The notes: generated from the sequence alone by a model not told the origin. Counted from the whole stretch's first letter, positions 11,723-25,127 are shown. The stretch: 63,992 nucleotides of DNA, filler included, from Octopus bimaculoides (GCF_001194135.2; 6 parts of 5 records of this genome joined end to end with filler, not necessarily neighbours in it); one strand, 5' to 3'. Numbers and translations: made by a program.

Positions 11723-12944
11723 GTGTATGTATATACATATATTTACATGTATNNNNNNNNNNNNNNNNNNNNNNNNNNNNNNNNNNNNNNNNNNNNNNNN
11801 NNNNNNNNNNNNNNNNNNNNNNNNNNNNNNNNNNNNNNNNNNNNNNNNNNNNNNNNNNNNNNNNNNNNNNNNNNNNNNNNNNNNNNNNNNNNNNNNNNNN
11901 NNNNNNNNNNNNNNNNNNNNNNNNNNNNNNNNNNNNNNNNNNNNNNNNNNNNNNNNNNNNNNNNNNNNNNNNNNNNNNNNNNNNNNNNNNNNNNNNNNNN
12001 NNNNNNNNNNNNNNNNNNNNNNNNNNNNNNNNNNNNNNNNNNNNNNNNNNNNNNNNNNNNNNNNNNNNNNNNNNNNNNNNNNNNNNNNNNNNNNNNNNNN
12101 NNNNNNNNNNNNNNNNNNNNNNNNNNNNNNNNNNNNNNNNNNNNNNNNNNNNNNNNNNNNNNNNNNNNNNNNNNNNNNNNNNNNNNNNNNNNNNNNNNNN
12201 NNNNNNNNNNNNNNNNNNNNNNNNNNNNNNNNNNNNNNNNNNNNNNNNNNNNNNNNNNNNNNNNNNNNNNNNNNNNNNNNNNNNNNNNNNNNNNNNNNNN
12301 NNNNNNNNNNNNNNNNNNNNNNNNNNNNNNNNNNNNNNNNNNNNNNNNNNNNNNNNNNNNNNNNNNNNNNNNNNNNNNNNNNNNNNNNNNNNNNNNNNNN
12401 NNNNNNNNNNNNNNNNNNNNNNNNNNNNNNNNNNNNNNNNNNNNNNNNNNNNNNNNNNNNNNNNNNNNNNNNNNNNNNNNNNNNNNNNNNNNNNNNNNNN
12501 NNNNNNNNNNNNNNNNNNNNNNNNNNNNNNNNNNNNNNNNNNNNNNNNNNNNNNNNNNNNNNNNNNNNNNNNNNNNNNNNNNNNNNNNNNNNNNNNNNNN
12601 NNNNNNNNNNNNNNNNNNNNNNNNNNNNNNNNNNNNNNNNNNNNNNNNNNNNNNNNNNNNNNNNNNNNNNNNNNNNNNNNNNNNNNNNNNNNNNNNNNNN
12701 NNNGTGGTGGTCTGTAGGGGAAAGAGAGGAAGTGAGGAAGACAGAGAGAGAAAGAGAAACGGGTGGGAGAAAGAGACATGTAGTGTTTGTGTGAGAAAGA
12801 GATAGAGTGATAGAGCAGGGCATACGTGTCTGTGTTTGTGTGTCGATGTGTGTGGTATCTTTATGTTTTTGCGTGTCCATGTCTGTGGCTGTGTGTGTGT
12901 ATGTGTGTCTAGTGTTTGTGTCTACGTCTGTGTGATTCGTGTTT

Positions 12945-12979
<35 letters not shown>

Positions 12980-13669
12980 TCTGTGTGAATGTGTACGTAA
13001 GTTTATGGTAAAGAGAGAGAGAGCTAACAGACAAATAGAGAGGAGGAGATCATTGCGTGAGAATAAGAGAGAGAAAGAGAGAAGTGTACAGGAAGGGAGT
13101 GGCAAATTGTGAAAGGTGATGAAATTAATTGAAAGAGAGAGAGAGAGAGTGTGTGTGAGAGAGAGTGTGTGTGAGAGAGAGTGTGTGTGAGAGAGAGTGT
13201 GTGTGAGAGAGAGTGAGAAAATGAGATGAGTGTGTTTATCTGAAACACAGAATCTGTACATAAGAGATTGTGTGGTTGTGTTTGTGCTCATGGACATCGG
13301 AGAGTGTGTATGTTTAGATATAGTGGATAGTGTGTGTGTGTCTTTGCCCATGGACAACGGAGACTCATGTGTGTTTATAGACATCAGAGAGTGTGTGCGT
13401 ATATGTTTGTGAAAAAAGTGAGTGAGAGAAAGAGAGTGAGAGAGAAAGCTCGATAGAGTGTGAGGGAAGCTGCTAGGTGGTCATGTGTGTATGATATGAG
13501 ATCGTGTTTGGAAAAAAAGCGGATGAGAGAGAGACTGGAGTTATGAAAGATAGAAAGATGGCATTCAAAATGAAGAAATTAACGTAAGAGGGAAGAAGTA
13601 TGAAAGCGAGACACTTTGACAGTCGTTTGAAATGGAAAGTCTGTGTACTTGTATATAAGGGAGGTATAG

Positions 13670-13690
13670 TGATAGACAGACAGACAGAAC

Positions 13691-13785
<95 letters not shown>

Positions 13786-13807
13786 TCATCAAAGAGATAG
13801 ATTGACT

Positions 13808-13857
<50 letters not shown>

Positions 13858-13872
13858 TAGATNNNNNNNNNN

Positions 13873-13941
<69 letters not shown>

Positions 13942-13963
13942 TCATCAAAGAGATAGATTGACT

Positions 13964-14048
<85 letters not shown>

Positions 14049-14070
14049 TTCGAGAGAGAGAGAGATTGTG
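13670..14070. repeat. Compound (GATA)n/(GACA)n microsatellite
   Basis: Directly visible. A block is duplicated across a 10-N gap. Confidence 0.9.
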
Positions 14071-14342
14071 TATGTGATCATGTGTTTTTGTTTAACCGGA
14101 GGCTAACCGTAGTCCAGCAGACCAATGATATGTACAAAGGTATCCTGGACAGGGCTACGTTTTCTTTTCCTTAAGGATTTCTAGACTACATTATCTGAGG
14201 TAACTTTACTTTACTCAAGACGATAGGATGTGATTTATGATAGGTCATCGTTGGTATTTTTAGCAACTTCAGTGACCGCGTGGAAGCTGTTGTCTAATTT
14301 GCTTGAGGTAGGAAAGTTCGTAAAAAAGAAAAAAAAAAGATG

Positions 14343-14725
14343 GGTGTACAGTAAGAAGTTAGTTTCATAACCATTTGGATGCGGGTTCAGTCACACTGTG
14401 TGGTACCTCGAGCAAGTGTCATCTACTATAGCCCCAGGCCAACAAAAGTCTTGTGAATGGATTTGGTTGACGGAAAGTGAAAGAAGCCCGTTCTACGTAT
14501 GTATGTATGTATGTATGTGTGTAACTGCTGTCTGTGTTTGTCTCACCACCGCTTGGCAACTGATGTCTCGTTTTACGTCCCTGTCACTTAGCGGCTCACC
14601 GAGAGATACCGATAGAATAAGTTTCAGACAGAAAAATAAGTACTGGTGTCGGTTTGTTCGATTATTAGGTTCAAGGTGGTGCCCCAGCATGGCCACAGTC
14701 GAATGACTGAAACAAGTAAAGAAAT
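14343..14725 (+). mobile_element. SINE family A, full-length
   Basis: B-box gggttcagtc, core ctcgagcaagtgtcatctactatagcccc, (TATG)n linker, and tail ggtgccccagcatggccacagtcgaatgactgaaacaagtaaag. Confidence 0.88.
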
Positions 14726-15253
14726 ATGCGCGCGCGCGCGTGATTGCGTGTATGAAAGCATGGGAAAAAGAGAAGCTGCATGAGGAAGACAGAGTAAAAA
14801 GTATAAAAGAACGCGAGATGCATACACACATAGAGAGGGAGTGAGTGTACGGGTGAAAGTGAGAGTGAGAGTGAGGAAATTAACGTGATAGAGTGGAGGA
14901 GGAGGGGAAAGGAGACAGTAGAGAGTCGTGTGCAACGAACAAACAAACAAACAAAATGGAGGATGTGAACAGCAACCCTCTTCCTGACCCAAACCTCCGA
15001 TTTGACCGGAAGTGAGAACATCTGTCGTCTGGTATACAGTAAACTATCGTCTGCTTCCATTTGCTAATAACTTTTAAGGTTGGCTTTGAAAGCTACGGGA
15101 AGAAATTCCTTGGAAAGAGACATATAAACAGGAAGTATCTTCATGTATGCATATATGAGTGTGTGTGTATATGTATATATATAAATGTGTGTGTATATAT
15201 ATGTATGTATGTATGTTTATACATGTGCGTACATCTCTGTGTATGTGCATTTA

Positions 15254-15289
<36 letters not shown>

Positions 15290-16264
15290 NNNNNNNNNNN
15301 NNNNNNNNNNNNNNNNNNNNNNNNNNNNNNNNNNNNNNNNNNNNNNNNNNNNNNNNNNNNNNNNNNNNNNNNNNNNNNNNNNNNNNNNNNNNNNNNNNNN
15401 NNNNNNNNNNNNNNNNNNNNNNNNNNNNNNNNNNNNNNNNNNNNNNNNNNNNNNNNNNNNNNNNNNNNNNNNNNNNNNNNNNNNNNNNNNNNNNNNNNNN
15501 NNNNNNNNNNNNNNNNNNNNNNNNNNNNNNNNNNNNNNNNNNNNNNNNNNNNNNNNNNNNNNNNNNNNNNNNNNNNNNNNNNNNNNNNNNNNNNNNNNNN
15601 NNNNNNNNNNNNNNNNNNNNNNNNNNNNNNNNNNNNNNNNNNNNNNNNNNNNNNNNNNNNNNNNNNNNNNNNNNNNNNNNNNNNNNNNNNNNNNNNNNNN
15701 NNNNNNNNNNNNNNNNNNNNNNNNNNNNNNNNNNNNNNNNNNNNNNNNNNNNNNNNNNNNNNNNNNNNNNNNNNNNNNNNNNNNNNNNNNNNNNNNNNNN
15801 NNNNNNNNNNNNNNNNNNNNNNNNNNNNNCACCTGAAGAGAAATAAACAGTCGGTAAGATTGTTAAATTTTGAAACCGGTCCCTGTTTAATAATGATTTT
15901 TTTCGGTGATTTTAAATGTCTTGCCCGCTTACGTTTTGGTATTCCGCTATATTTCATGTTGAGAACAATTTAGGTCTTAATAGACACAAGATGTGATCTA
16001 TTTCTAGCACATTGAATGTCCACGTTAGTGGTCAACGTTATATATAAAAATGTACTTTAATCCCCTGAGATTGCAGATACTGTTTCTGAATCTCTTTGAT
16101 TCTTTAAATGTGCTAGTTTCCTGGTAATTAATCGATATTAATTAATATATGCTTTTTTACCCTATTTTTTTATATATTACCCATTACCGAGTTCTCATAC
16201 TGGATATATGCGACGCAGTAAATTTTTTCTGCAGACATATTCCTGGAATTAGCGCGCCAAAACA

Positions 16265-16302
16265 CATCAGAATAGGTTGTCAAGCGATGTTGGTGGGGAG
16301 GA

Positions 16303-16362
<60 letters not shown>

Positions 16363-16475
16363 CGACAGGCCTCTTTCAGTTGTCGTCTACCAAATCCACT
16401 CACGAGGTTATGGTCGGCACGAGGCTATAGTAGAAGATATTTGCCCAAGGTGCCACGCAGTGAGCCTGAACCAGT
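16265..16475 (-). mobile_element. SINE family A, internal fragment
   Basis: Plus strand shows ggttgtcaagcgatgttgg...ctaccaaatccactcacgagg...ctatagtagaagatatttgcccaaggtgccacgcagtg. Confidence 0.8.
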
Positions 16476-16887
16476 CACACACCTACACTCACGTATACAT
16501 ACATACATACATGTATTTATATCTGTGTGTATATGTATGTATATCGATTTGGTACGACTGACTGGACATTGGGACTGTTTTGTTGATTGTACTTTTTGGC
16601 GCTAGAAGTACGCACTCGCGCATACGCACGCGTGTAGGCATGCACTCACGCACTCGCTGAAATATGCACCTATAGAGTGAACGAGTGAATGAGAGAGAGA
16701 GAGAGAGAGAGAGTAAAAGAGAGAGGGGGAGAGAGAGACAGACATAGATGGGGAGGGAAAGTGTGAGAGAAATTACAATTTATTTGTTGAACACGATTGA
16801 CAGAAATACTTTCTCTTCATACACATAAAGAGAAATATGCTCACACACATAAACACAGAGAGAGAGAGAGAGTGAGAGAGAGAGAGA

Positions 16888-16919
<32 letters not shown>

Positions 16920-17135
16920 NNNNNNNNNNNNNNNNNNNNNNNNNNNNNNNNNNNNNNNNNNNNNNNNNNNNNNNNNNNNNNNNNNNNNNNNNNNNNNNNN
17001 NNNNNNNNNNNNNNNNNNNNNNNNNNNNNNNNNNNNNNNNNNNNNNNNNNNNNNNNNNNNNNNNNNNNNNNNNNNNNNNNNNNNNNNNNNNNNNNNNNNN
17101 NNNNNNNNNNNNNNNNNNNNNNNNNNNNNNNNNNN

Positions 17136-17173
<38 letters not shown>

Positions 17174-17586
17174 AGAGAAAAAAGGAGATAGAGAGAGAAG
17201 GAGGGAGGGATAACGAAGAAGAGATGGAGAAAGAAAAAGAGAAAAGAGGGAAGAGAGAGAGAGAAGAAGAGAAGAGACAGAGAGAGAAATAGGTATTAAA
17301 ACGAGAGAAACATTAAAATGTCTGATGTCAAGTAAGTCAGCGTCAAATCAGCGGCACCAAATAAGCGGCGCCGAGACTGTAATGTCAAAATGTCTTATAT
17401 GCGACATAGATATATTTTGCTGTGTTCTTGTTTTTATTATTTTGTCGGTCGTGTGGGGGCGCTAGTGATCATATCTTATGCTCACTCTTGTCTCTTGCCT
17501 TCTTCCCATTTTGCTCCTCGTGACTTGTTATTTACATATGAAGTTTCGCTTCTCCCTCTCTGTCTGTCTCTCTGTCTGTCTGTCTT

Positions 17587-17629
<43 letters not shown>

Positions 17630-17849
17630 TTCTTGTCACATGAACTGTATTTGAGAGATGTGTATACATGCATGTGTGTATATTATGTATGAGTGCGGGT
17701 GAGTGCATAAAGCTGTGTGTATCTGTATGTCTATCTATGTTTGTATATCTCTATGTGGGTGTCTGCCATTTTATGATGTTAATACATAGAAATAGCATAT
17801 TCTCATTTGTATTTTATAAATCTATGTCCGTATTCATTGAAATACTCCC

Positions 17850-18130
17850 TTTTCTTCGAAATTCCACTCGAACCTTTTTGGTCTTGTGTTGCTGGGCTTC
17901 AGGTCGATAAAATATCACCAATCGGGCGTTAGGAGTCGATATAATTAACTAGTGCTTCTATATTGGAAGCAATTCTTCTTCTTCTTCTTCTTCTTCTTCT
18001 TCTTCTTCTTCTTCTTCTTCTTCTTCTTCTTCTTCTTCTTCTTCTTCTTCTTCAGCACTAGAATCGATGTAATCCACTAGTCCCCTCCCCCCAAATTTCA
18101 GGTTTTGTGCTTACCGTAGAAAGAATTATT
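17850..18130 (+). mobile_element. SINE family B with an internal (CTT)n expansion
   Basis: Core ...gtcgataaaatatcacca...gtcgat. A (CTT)n run at ~17973-18053 precedes the tail tcgatgtaatccactagtcccctccccc...gtagaaagaattatt. Confidence 0.6.
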
Positions 18131-18469
18131 ATTATTATTATTGCTGTCGTTGTTGTACTCGACTTGGAATGGGAGGTAGCAGGATGGCGAAACCCTTTTG
18201 GAAAGGACTAGACCTCGAAATACTGTCGATCTTCCTGGAGACTCATTTCCTTATTTAGCAATAGATCCTCCTTCTCCAGAAAGCTATACACTTTAGCTAC
18301 GAGACCAGGTAATAATTCTCAGAGTAATGGTAGTCTATAAGTCTATAACTACTGAATTTCCCCTCTCTTTTCTTTGTCCTTCTATATCAGCACTGTCTTT
18401 CCTTTTATCGTCCATATCGGTGTTTCAATTTTTTTACTGTGAATAAGAAATGATTGTACATGGCTGTGT

Positions 18470-18528
<59 letters not shown>

Positions 18529-18746
18529 GTTATTGTTATTACTATTGTTATCATCATCATCATATTGTGGAAAAGGTAGACCATCGAACAGGCTTCGTGT
18601 TTATTCTGAAAAGATGCGGATTAGAAATAAGCATTTTGAATCGTTGTAATTTTATTCCGAGATTGAAGTACAAAGAAAATGACAGAATTCAAGATTTGTG
18701 TTTTCATCGTCTTACAAAATGATACACACGCACACGCTTATGTATG

Positions 18747-18782
<36 letters not shown>

Positions 18783-19344
18783 TGTATGTATGTATGTATG
18801 TATGTATGTATGTATGTATGTATGTTATCGCGCGCGTACACATACACACATACACATGTAATTGAATTTGCTTATAGTGACTGTTAAGTTACCGAGTTAG
18901 CTTCTGCAACCAATAATACAGCGAACACAGAAGTTGAGAAGTAATGCAAGTCATCTCAGACAAAGTGACTGAAAACAATGAGCAGCTGGAAAATACCAAT
19001 GACATGACTTTTATCCAAACGACAATAACCGGAAAGTGTTTGCGTGTTTTGTTTTGTTTTAGCCCCGAAAGACAGTGGTGTTGATGGTTGTGGTGGAAAT
19101 TGTAAAACATAACTGTAATAATAATGGCTTCTGATTTAGGTGCAGAGTGAATAATTTTGTGAAGATAACCTGAGTTAATACCATCGATTCTAGTACAAGG
19201 TGAGTACTTTATTTGATCGACCTTGTAAGTGGGGGAAAATGCAGAACAAATCAATGGTGGAATTTCAACCCGGAATGTAAACAGTCGGAACAAATATCGG
19301 AGCACAGCATTTTCCTACAAACAATTCCGCCAGATTGCTTCTTG

Positions 19345-19606
19345 GCTAAGTGTCTTCTACTATAGCCTCGAGCCCACTAAAGCCTTGTGAGTGGATTTGG
19401 TAAACGGAAACTGAAAGAAGCCCGTCGTACATATATATATATTTAACGCACGTCTTGCTTTGGTATGTTGGTTCCCTGACAATGAATTTATGTGCAATTC
19501 CAGCACCTCTTACTTCTTTGGAGTAGAGTGCACATATATTTTGAAACATATGTAGGAATTAAAGGAACTTATTGATTATATGCGTTTTGCTCCATTTATT
19601 ATTATT

Positions 19607-19678
<72 letters not shown>

Positions 19679-19897
19679 GTGTGTGTATCTATTTGTGTGT
19701 CTGTGTTTGTCCCCCCCCCCCACCATCACTTTACAACCGATGTTGCCGTGTTTACTTCACCGTAGCTAGCGGTTCGGCAAAAGAAACCGATAGATTAAGT
19801 ACTAGGCTTACAAAGAATAAGTCCTGGGTTCGATTTTCTCGTCTAAAGGCCGTGCTCCAGCATGGCTGCAGTCAAATGACTGAAACAAGTAAGAGAC
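19345..19897 (+). mobile_element. SINE family A (5'-truncated, interrupted)
   Basis: gtgtcttctactatagcctcgag...gcccgtcg at 19349-19428. The 3' half resumes at ~19680 and ends ctccagcatggctgcagtcaaatgactgaaacaagtaag. Confidence 0.8.
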
Positions 19898-20271
19898 TTA
19901 TTATTATTATTAATATTATTCAGTAGTCTTATTTTTATCACGTGCTTTCACTACACTACCGAGCGCAGCTTTGTGTGTCTTGGCTATGTGTTATGGTTTG
20001 TTGTGGTGCTCTTATTTTCGCTGTATTGAGTGTTTTATGTAGGATGTGTGCGGTGCCTAGAAGTGCTTTTTTGTGTGTATGTTGTATATAGTTGTAAGTC
20101 CGGATGTTTTTGTTATGTATTTGTCTGAGTGTTTTTTTTTTTATCATACTTAATGCGCCTACTATGAGAGGAATTGTTTCTATTTTCAGCCCCTTTATTC
20201 GAGTTACCTCTATTTCCAGATCTTTGTATTTTGAAAATTTTACCGTTTCTTTTAGAGAAACATTGTCATCT

Positions 20272-20310
<39 letters not shown>

Positions 20311-20313
<3 letters not shown>

Positions 20314-20919
20314 TTTTACTCTTTTACTTGTTTCAGTCATTTGACTGTGGCCATGCTGGAGCACCGCCTTTAGTCGAGCAAGTCGACCCCAGGATTTATT
20401 CTTTGTAAGCCTAGTACTTATTCTATCGGTCGTTTTTTGCCGAACCGCTAAGTTACGGGGACGTAAACACACCAGCATCGGTTGTCAAGCAATGTTGGGG
20501 GGACAGACACACAAGCATATACACACACATACNNNNNNNNNNNNNNNNNNNNNNNNNNNNNNNNNNNNNNNNNNNNNNNNNNNNNNNNNNNNNNNNNNNN
20601 NNNNNNNNNNNNNNNNNNNNNNNNNNNNNNNNNNNNNNNNNNNNNNNNNNNNNNNNNNNNNNNNNNNNNNNNNNNNNNNNNNNNNNNNNNNNNNNNNNNN
20701 NNNNNNNNNNNNNNNNNNNNNNNNNNNNNNCATACATATATATATATACATATATACGACGGGCTTCTTTCAGTTTCCGTCTACCAAATCCATTCACTAG
20801 GCTTTGGTCGGCCCGAGGCTATAGTAGAAGACACTTGCCCAAGGTGCCACGCAGTGCGACTGAACCCGGAACCATGTGGTTGGTAAGCAAGCTACTTACC
20901 ACACAGCCACTCCTACGCC
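20311..20919 (-). mobile_element. SINE family A, full-length, little diverged (internal gap)
   Basis: Minus strand reads ggcgtaggagtggctgtgtggtaag (A box)...ccgggttcagtcg (B box)...ccttgggcaagtgtc...tail ggcggtgctccagcatggccacagtcaaatgactgaaacaagtaaaagagt. Confidence 0.9.
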
Positions 20920-21150
20920 TCCAAACACTCCAAACACAGGCGCGCACACAAGCACACACATACACATACGTATGCTCATATATCCAGGAGTTAGATCAGG
21001 TTCTAAAGTTCCGAGATTGGTGGCGGGAGCGGGGGTAAGCACTTCTAATCGTCAGGGCAATAGCAAACAATTTCAATTTCGTTTTAAATTTTCACTATTT
21101 CTTTCATTATTTTATTTGAAGTCTAAACACAAGGCTGATACAGTCTCACA

Positions 21151-21390
21151 GGAACTACATAATAATTGTTATTGTGTATTTAAAATGAAAATACAAAGAC
21201 AATACGCACTGAAAGGATGTAAATAGTTGTTATTGTGTGTTTGAAATGAAAATACAAGGAAGATTCAATTTTGAAAGGAAGTACATAATTGTTGCTTTGT
21301 GTTGAAAAACCAAAACATAGGGAAAATACAATTTTAAAGGAAGTAGATAATCATTGTTTTATAGTTAAAATAAAACCACAATAAAAATAA
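21151..21390. repeat. ~62-64 bp AT-rich minisatellite, about 4 diverged units
   Basis: Units begin ggaactacat / ggatgtaaat / ggaagtacat / ggaagtagat at 21151, 21215, 21277 and 21339. Confidence 0.7.
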
Positions 21391-21818
21391 AAACGAATGT
21401 TTTGGAGTAAACTCATAAATTTATATTGTATTTAAAATCAAAACATAATTTAAAAAAATAACATGTATGTTATTTAATTATCTTAATTATTTCACATTTT
21501 AATTGAAAGTAGAATGAGAGCATAATGAAGGAATATAAAAAAAAAATGTGTTCAGCAATTTACAAAGTCATTTTTCTAAGTTTCATTCTTGAAAAATTTT
21601 CCATATATTGTAAACTCCCAACTATCCGACACCAGAAGGACCGGAGGCTTGCTAGATAACTGAATTTTCCGGATATCTGATCATCACTTTTTAAATTACC
21701 GTATCTGATGGCATAAAAGGTACAGAGACATATTAATCGCATCCTAATTTCAGCTACGCATATTCAGAAAAAAAGGTTTTTAGTGTATTAAAGTAGAAAA
21801 GAATATAGACCCGATTTC

Positions 21819-22260
21819 AAGACGCCGAGGTAGCAGAAGCGTTAGCACGCTGAGCGAAATGCTTACCGGTATTTCGCTTGTCTTGACGTTCTGAGTTCAA
21901 ATTCCACCGAAGTCGACTTTGCCTTTCAACTCTTCGGGGGTCGATAAATTAAGCACCAGTTGCGTATTGGGGTCGATCTAATCAACTGTCCCTCCTCCAA
22001 AATTTCGGGCATTGTGCCTAGAGTAGAAAAAAATATAGGCCCAATTTCAAGGCGGTAAGCTGGCAGAAACGTTAGCACGCCGGGCGAAATGCTCAACGGT
22101 ATTTCGTCTGTCTTGACGTTCCGAGTTCAAATTCCACCGAAGTCGACTTTGCCTTCCGGGGTCGATAAATTAAGTACCAGCTGCGTACTGGGGTCGATAA
22201 AATCGACTGGCTCCTTCCCACCAAAATTTCGGGCCTTGTGCCTAGAGTAGAAAAGATTAT
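21819..22260 (+). mobile_element. Head-to-tail dimer of SINE family B
   Basis: Two full B copies start at 21819 and 22049. Both carry the gagttcaaattccaccgaagtcgactttgcc core and a cctagagtagaaaa tail. Confidence 0.9.
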
Positions 22261-22347
22261 ACGCCCAATTTCGCATGTAGGTTGAGAAGGAAACTTCTCA
22301 CCATTCAGCCACTTCTGTGCTTAGTTCCTTACGAAACTCATTAAAAC

Positions 22348-22403
<56 letters not shown>

Positions 22404-22849
22404 TGTATTATCAATAAGATTCTAAAAAAGATAGAAATAGGAAGAACTAAAAATATAATTTAAGAACAAGTTTTATTAACCAAAGGAAATACAAATACTG
22501 TAAACCCAATAAAATAAAATATTGTACTGTATTTTGAGAAGCAATGAGCCATTTTTAGACTCCGTGAGAACATTCTTTTGATGACAGTTTAATTAATTAA
22601 TAGAAATTTGTACAATTTCCCTTGATTCTAATTAACGATACGTTTTCCTTTTCTTTTCTATTATTTTTCCTCTGGGTGCCGGTTGTTTGACAGTTCCGGT
22701 CTGTGGTATTGAGCAGAATATTTGCTGGAGCCCATCTTTTATGCAAAGACAAAACAATGTACATGACAATACTTCCAATCAGTTGAGATGACAAGCTATG
22801 ACAGTCACTACCTGGTACTGCATCAAGGCATTTATTATTATAATTATTA

Positions 22850-22966
<117 letters not shown>

Positions 22967-22971
22967 ACACT

Positions 22972-23200
22972 AAGGCGGCGAGAGGCAGAATCGTTAGCAG
23001 GCCGGGCGAAATGCTTAGCGGTATTTCGTCTGTCCTTACGTTCTGGGTTCAAATGCTGCCGGGGTCGACTTTGCCTTTCATCCTTTCGGAGTTAATAAAT
23101 TAAGTACCAGTTACGCACTGGCGTCGATGTAATCGACTGGTCCCCTCCCCAAAAATGTCAGGCCTTGTGCTTATAGTAGAAAGGATTATTATTATTATTA
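22972..23200 (+). mobile_element. SINE family B, full-length
   Basis: aaggcggcgagaggcagaatcgttagc...gggttcaaatgc...gtcgactttgcctttcatcctttcgg...ggccttgtgcttatagtagaaaggattatt. Confidence 0.9.
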
Positions 23201-23258
23201 ATATTATTTTATGTTTGACTTTTGCTTTGCATTTGTACAAGTTGGGTTATTATTATTA

Positions 23259-23331
<73 letters not shown>

Positions 23332-24234
23332 CACCATCATTATTATTTATTGTCTTTGCACAGCTTCTAACGCTGGAGATATACTACGGACCCAGCTGTT
23401 CGGTTATTTGAATGCCGGATTGGAGCGAGTTTACTATAATTTACTTATCTACCACGTAAGTAGTCAACTGTCTTCCAATGGAGAGTACATGTAACTCAGA
23501 CAATCTGTCCTCGCCCCTTATAGAACTTTATGGATTTAAACTGGCTCAAGGTTCGTTCCCAAACTTCCCTCGTTGTTAGTAATATTAGGAAAACTGTGCT
23601 CCAATGTCGACAAGTTATGCCAAACATAATGAATCACATTTGAGATCATAGATTTAAATATATTGTCAATAGTCAGTTTCACAACAATGGAATTTGCCAT
23701 ACTGCAAGTTTTAATTATTTCCTTGTATATATATTTGAATAAATGAGAAACTCATAAGCTTCCATTTTAACTGCTGATGACCTTTGAATGCGTAAGTACT
23801 AAAAAAATTCTAATTTGTTCACATTGCGTTATCAAAATGTTTTGGACTCTAAGCACTAAATTTCGAAGCAACACTTTTAAACTGCTCAAATCTTTTACTT
23901 GAGTTATCTCCATAGGGTTGTCAGATAAATTCGTTCGTTACAGGTTTCACGATGCATGTGTGAATCTGTCAGGTATTCCGTATGTGTGTGTCAGTGTCAT
24001 CTTCGTTTCTTAAACGACAATCTTCTGAAGTGACCGCGTCTTATGGCCCCACTTCCATCATCTAAACAACCAGCTGTAGCAGCCCCAGGATATTGTCATA
24101 ACCCCCTAGACCGAAAGAAGATACAAGTAAGTTTTTATAGGATTCTACATCAGATGTAACTCTAACGACTTGGGCATCGTCTCCACTTTCTGGACTGAAG
24201 GGCGGTAACAAGTTTCCAGAGGACCATCTTCTAA

Positions 24235-24290
24235 TGATGCGAACATCTTATATTTTTCAGATGAAAAAATATATGTACAATCTCCGATAT
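24235..24290 (+). mobile_element. Possible Tc1/mariner transposase remnant
   Basis: Translates NILYFSDEKIYVQ, resembling the I(L)FSDEK first catalytic Asp motif. Very short, and I recognised no other motif. Confidence 0.3.
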
Positions 24291-24371
24291 TTTACCGATT
24301 TTGTTTTTCTCGATTTGCAGACTCTTTCATTTTTTTCTCTTACCCAGAGTTTCTTTTTCTACAATTTTTCC

Positions 24372-24475
24372 GAAGGCGCATGGTTTAGTGGTTGGGGTTA
24401 GGGTTAGGGTTAGGGTTAGGGTGTTGCACACACAAGCGCATGACGGTGCTTTCGATTCCAAGACCGGGCGTGCAT
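24372..24475 (+). mobile_element. SINE family C head with a (TTAGGG)n expansion
   Basis: gaaggcgcatggtttagtgg, then TTGGGG(TTAGGG)4 at 24392-24421, then tgttgcac...ttcgattccaagacc (B box). Confidence 0.65.
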
Positions 24476-25085
24476 TATTTTCTTCATTTCACGTTGCACC
24501 GGTTTTCTTAGCCGTTTCAATACCAACTCTATAGCGGATTGATGTCCTGTACAGGGGAAAATATTGTGATTTCGGTCACTTATACACCATGAAAGCGAGT
24601 AACTGGCTCTATGAGTCCTAGAACTCGAGAAAGTAAGATCCAGGGGTTCACACTTTTTTTCCATTGCATTCCGTATTTTAACAAATCAACAACGATTTTT
24701 CTATCACATTCTTAGCAACAGACATGATAGAACATTTTCATCATAAACTGAAAAAGCGACTTAAATGTTCCTTTTACAATATTTAACGGACACAAGCCTA
24801 CAATAAAAAGCTGATAAATTACTTTCAGATGTTTTATGAGTGATTGTTCCATACCGAGGAGATAATAAAACAATAGTGTTTATTTATGTCACGACAGACA
24901 TAAATAAAAACAGTTGCATGACAAAAATATATTACAATCATTTGATTCGGGGCAATAATGTTTGATTCATCCGTGAGTGTCGCTTATAAACAAACAAGTT
25001 GCATTTATGCACGCTAATTTCGAACACTTAACACAACATATTTCTTTTAACTGTAATATAGTAATATGTGTGCGTGTGTGTGAGT

Positions 25086-25127
<42 letters not shown>

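Noticed and set aside
13785-13970. Exact repeat of gatcatcaaagagatagattgactgata within the GATA/GACA field
   Set aside because: The two copies straddle a 10-N gap, so they are probably overlapping contig ends.
18256-18312. Possible 50-bp plus-strand exon with AG/GT boundaries
   Set aside because: Weak polypyrimidine tract, unremarkable peptide, and indistinguishable from chance.
20860-20919. tRNA-like A/B boxes
   Set aside because: These are heads of multi-copy SINEs; no complete cloverleaf or tRNA gene is supportable.
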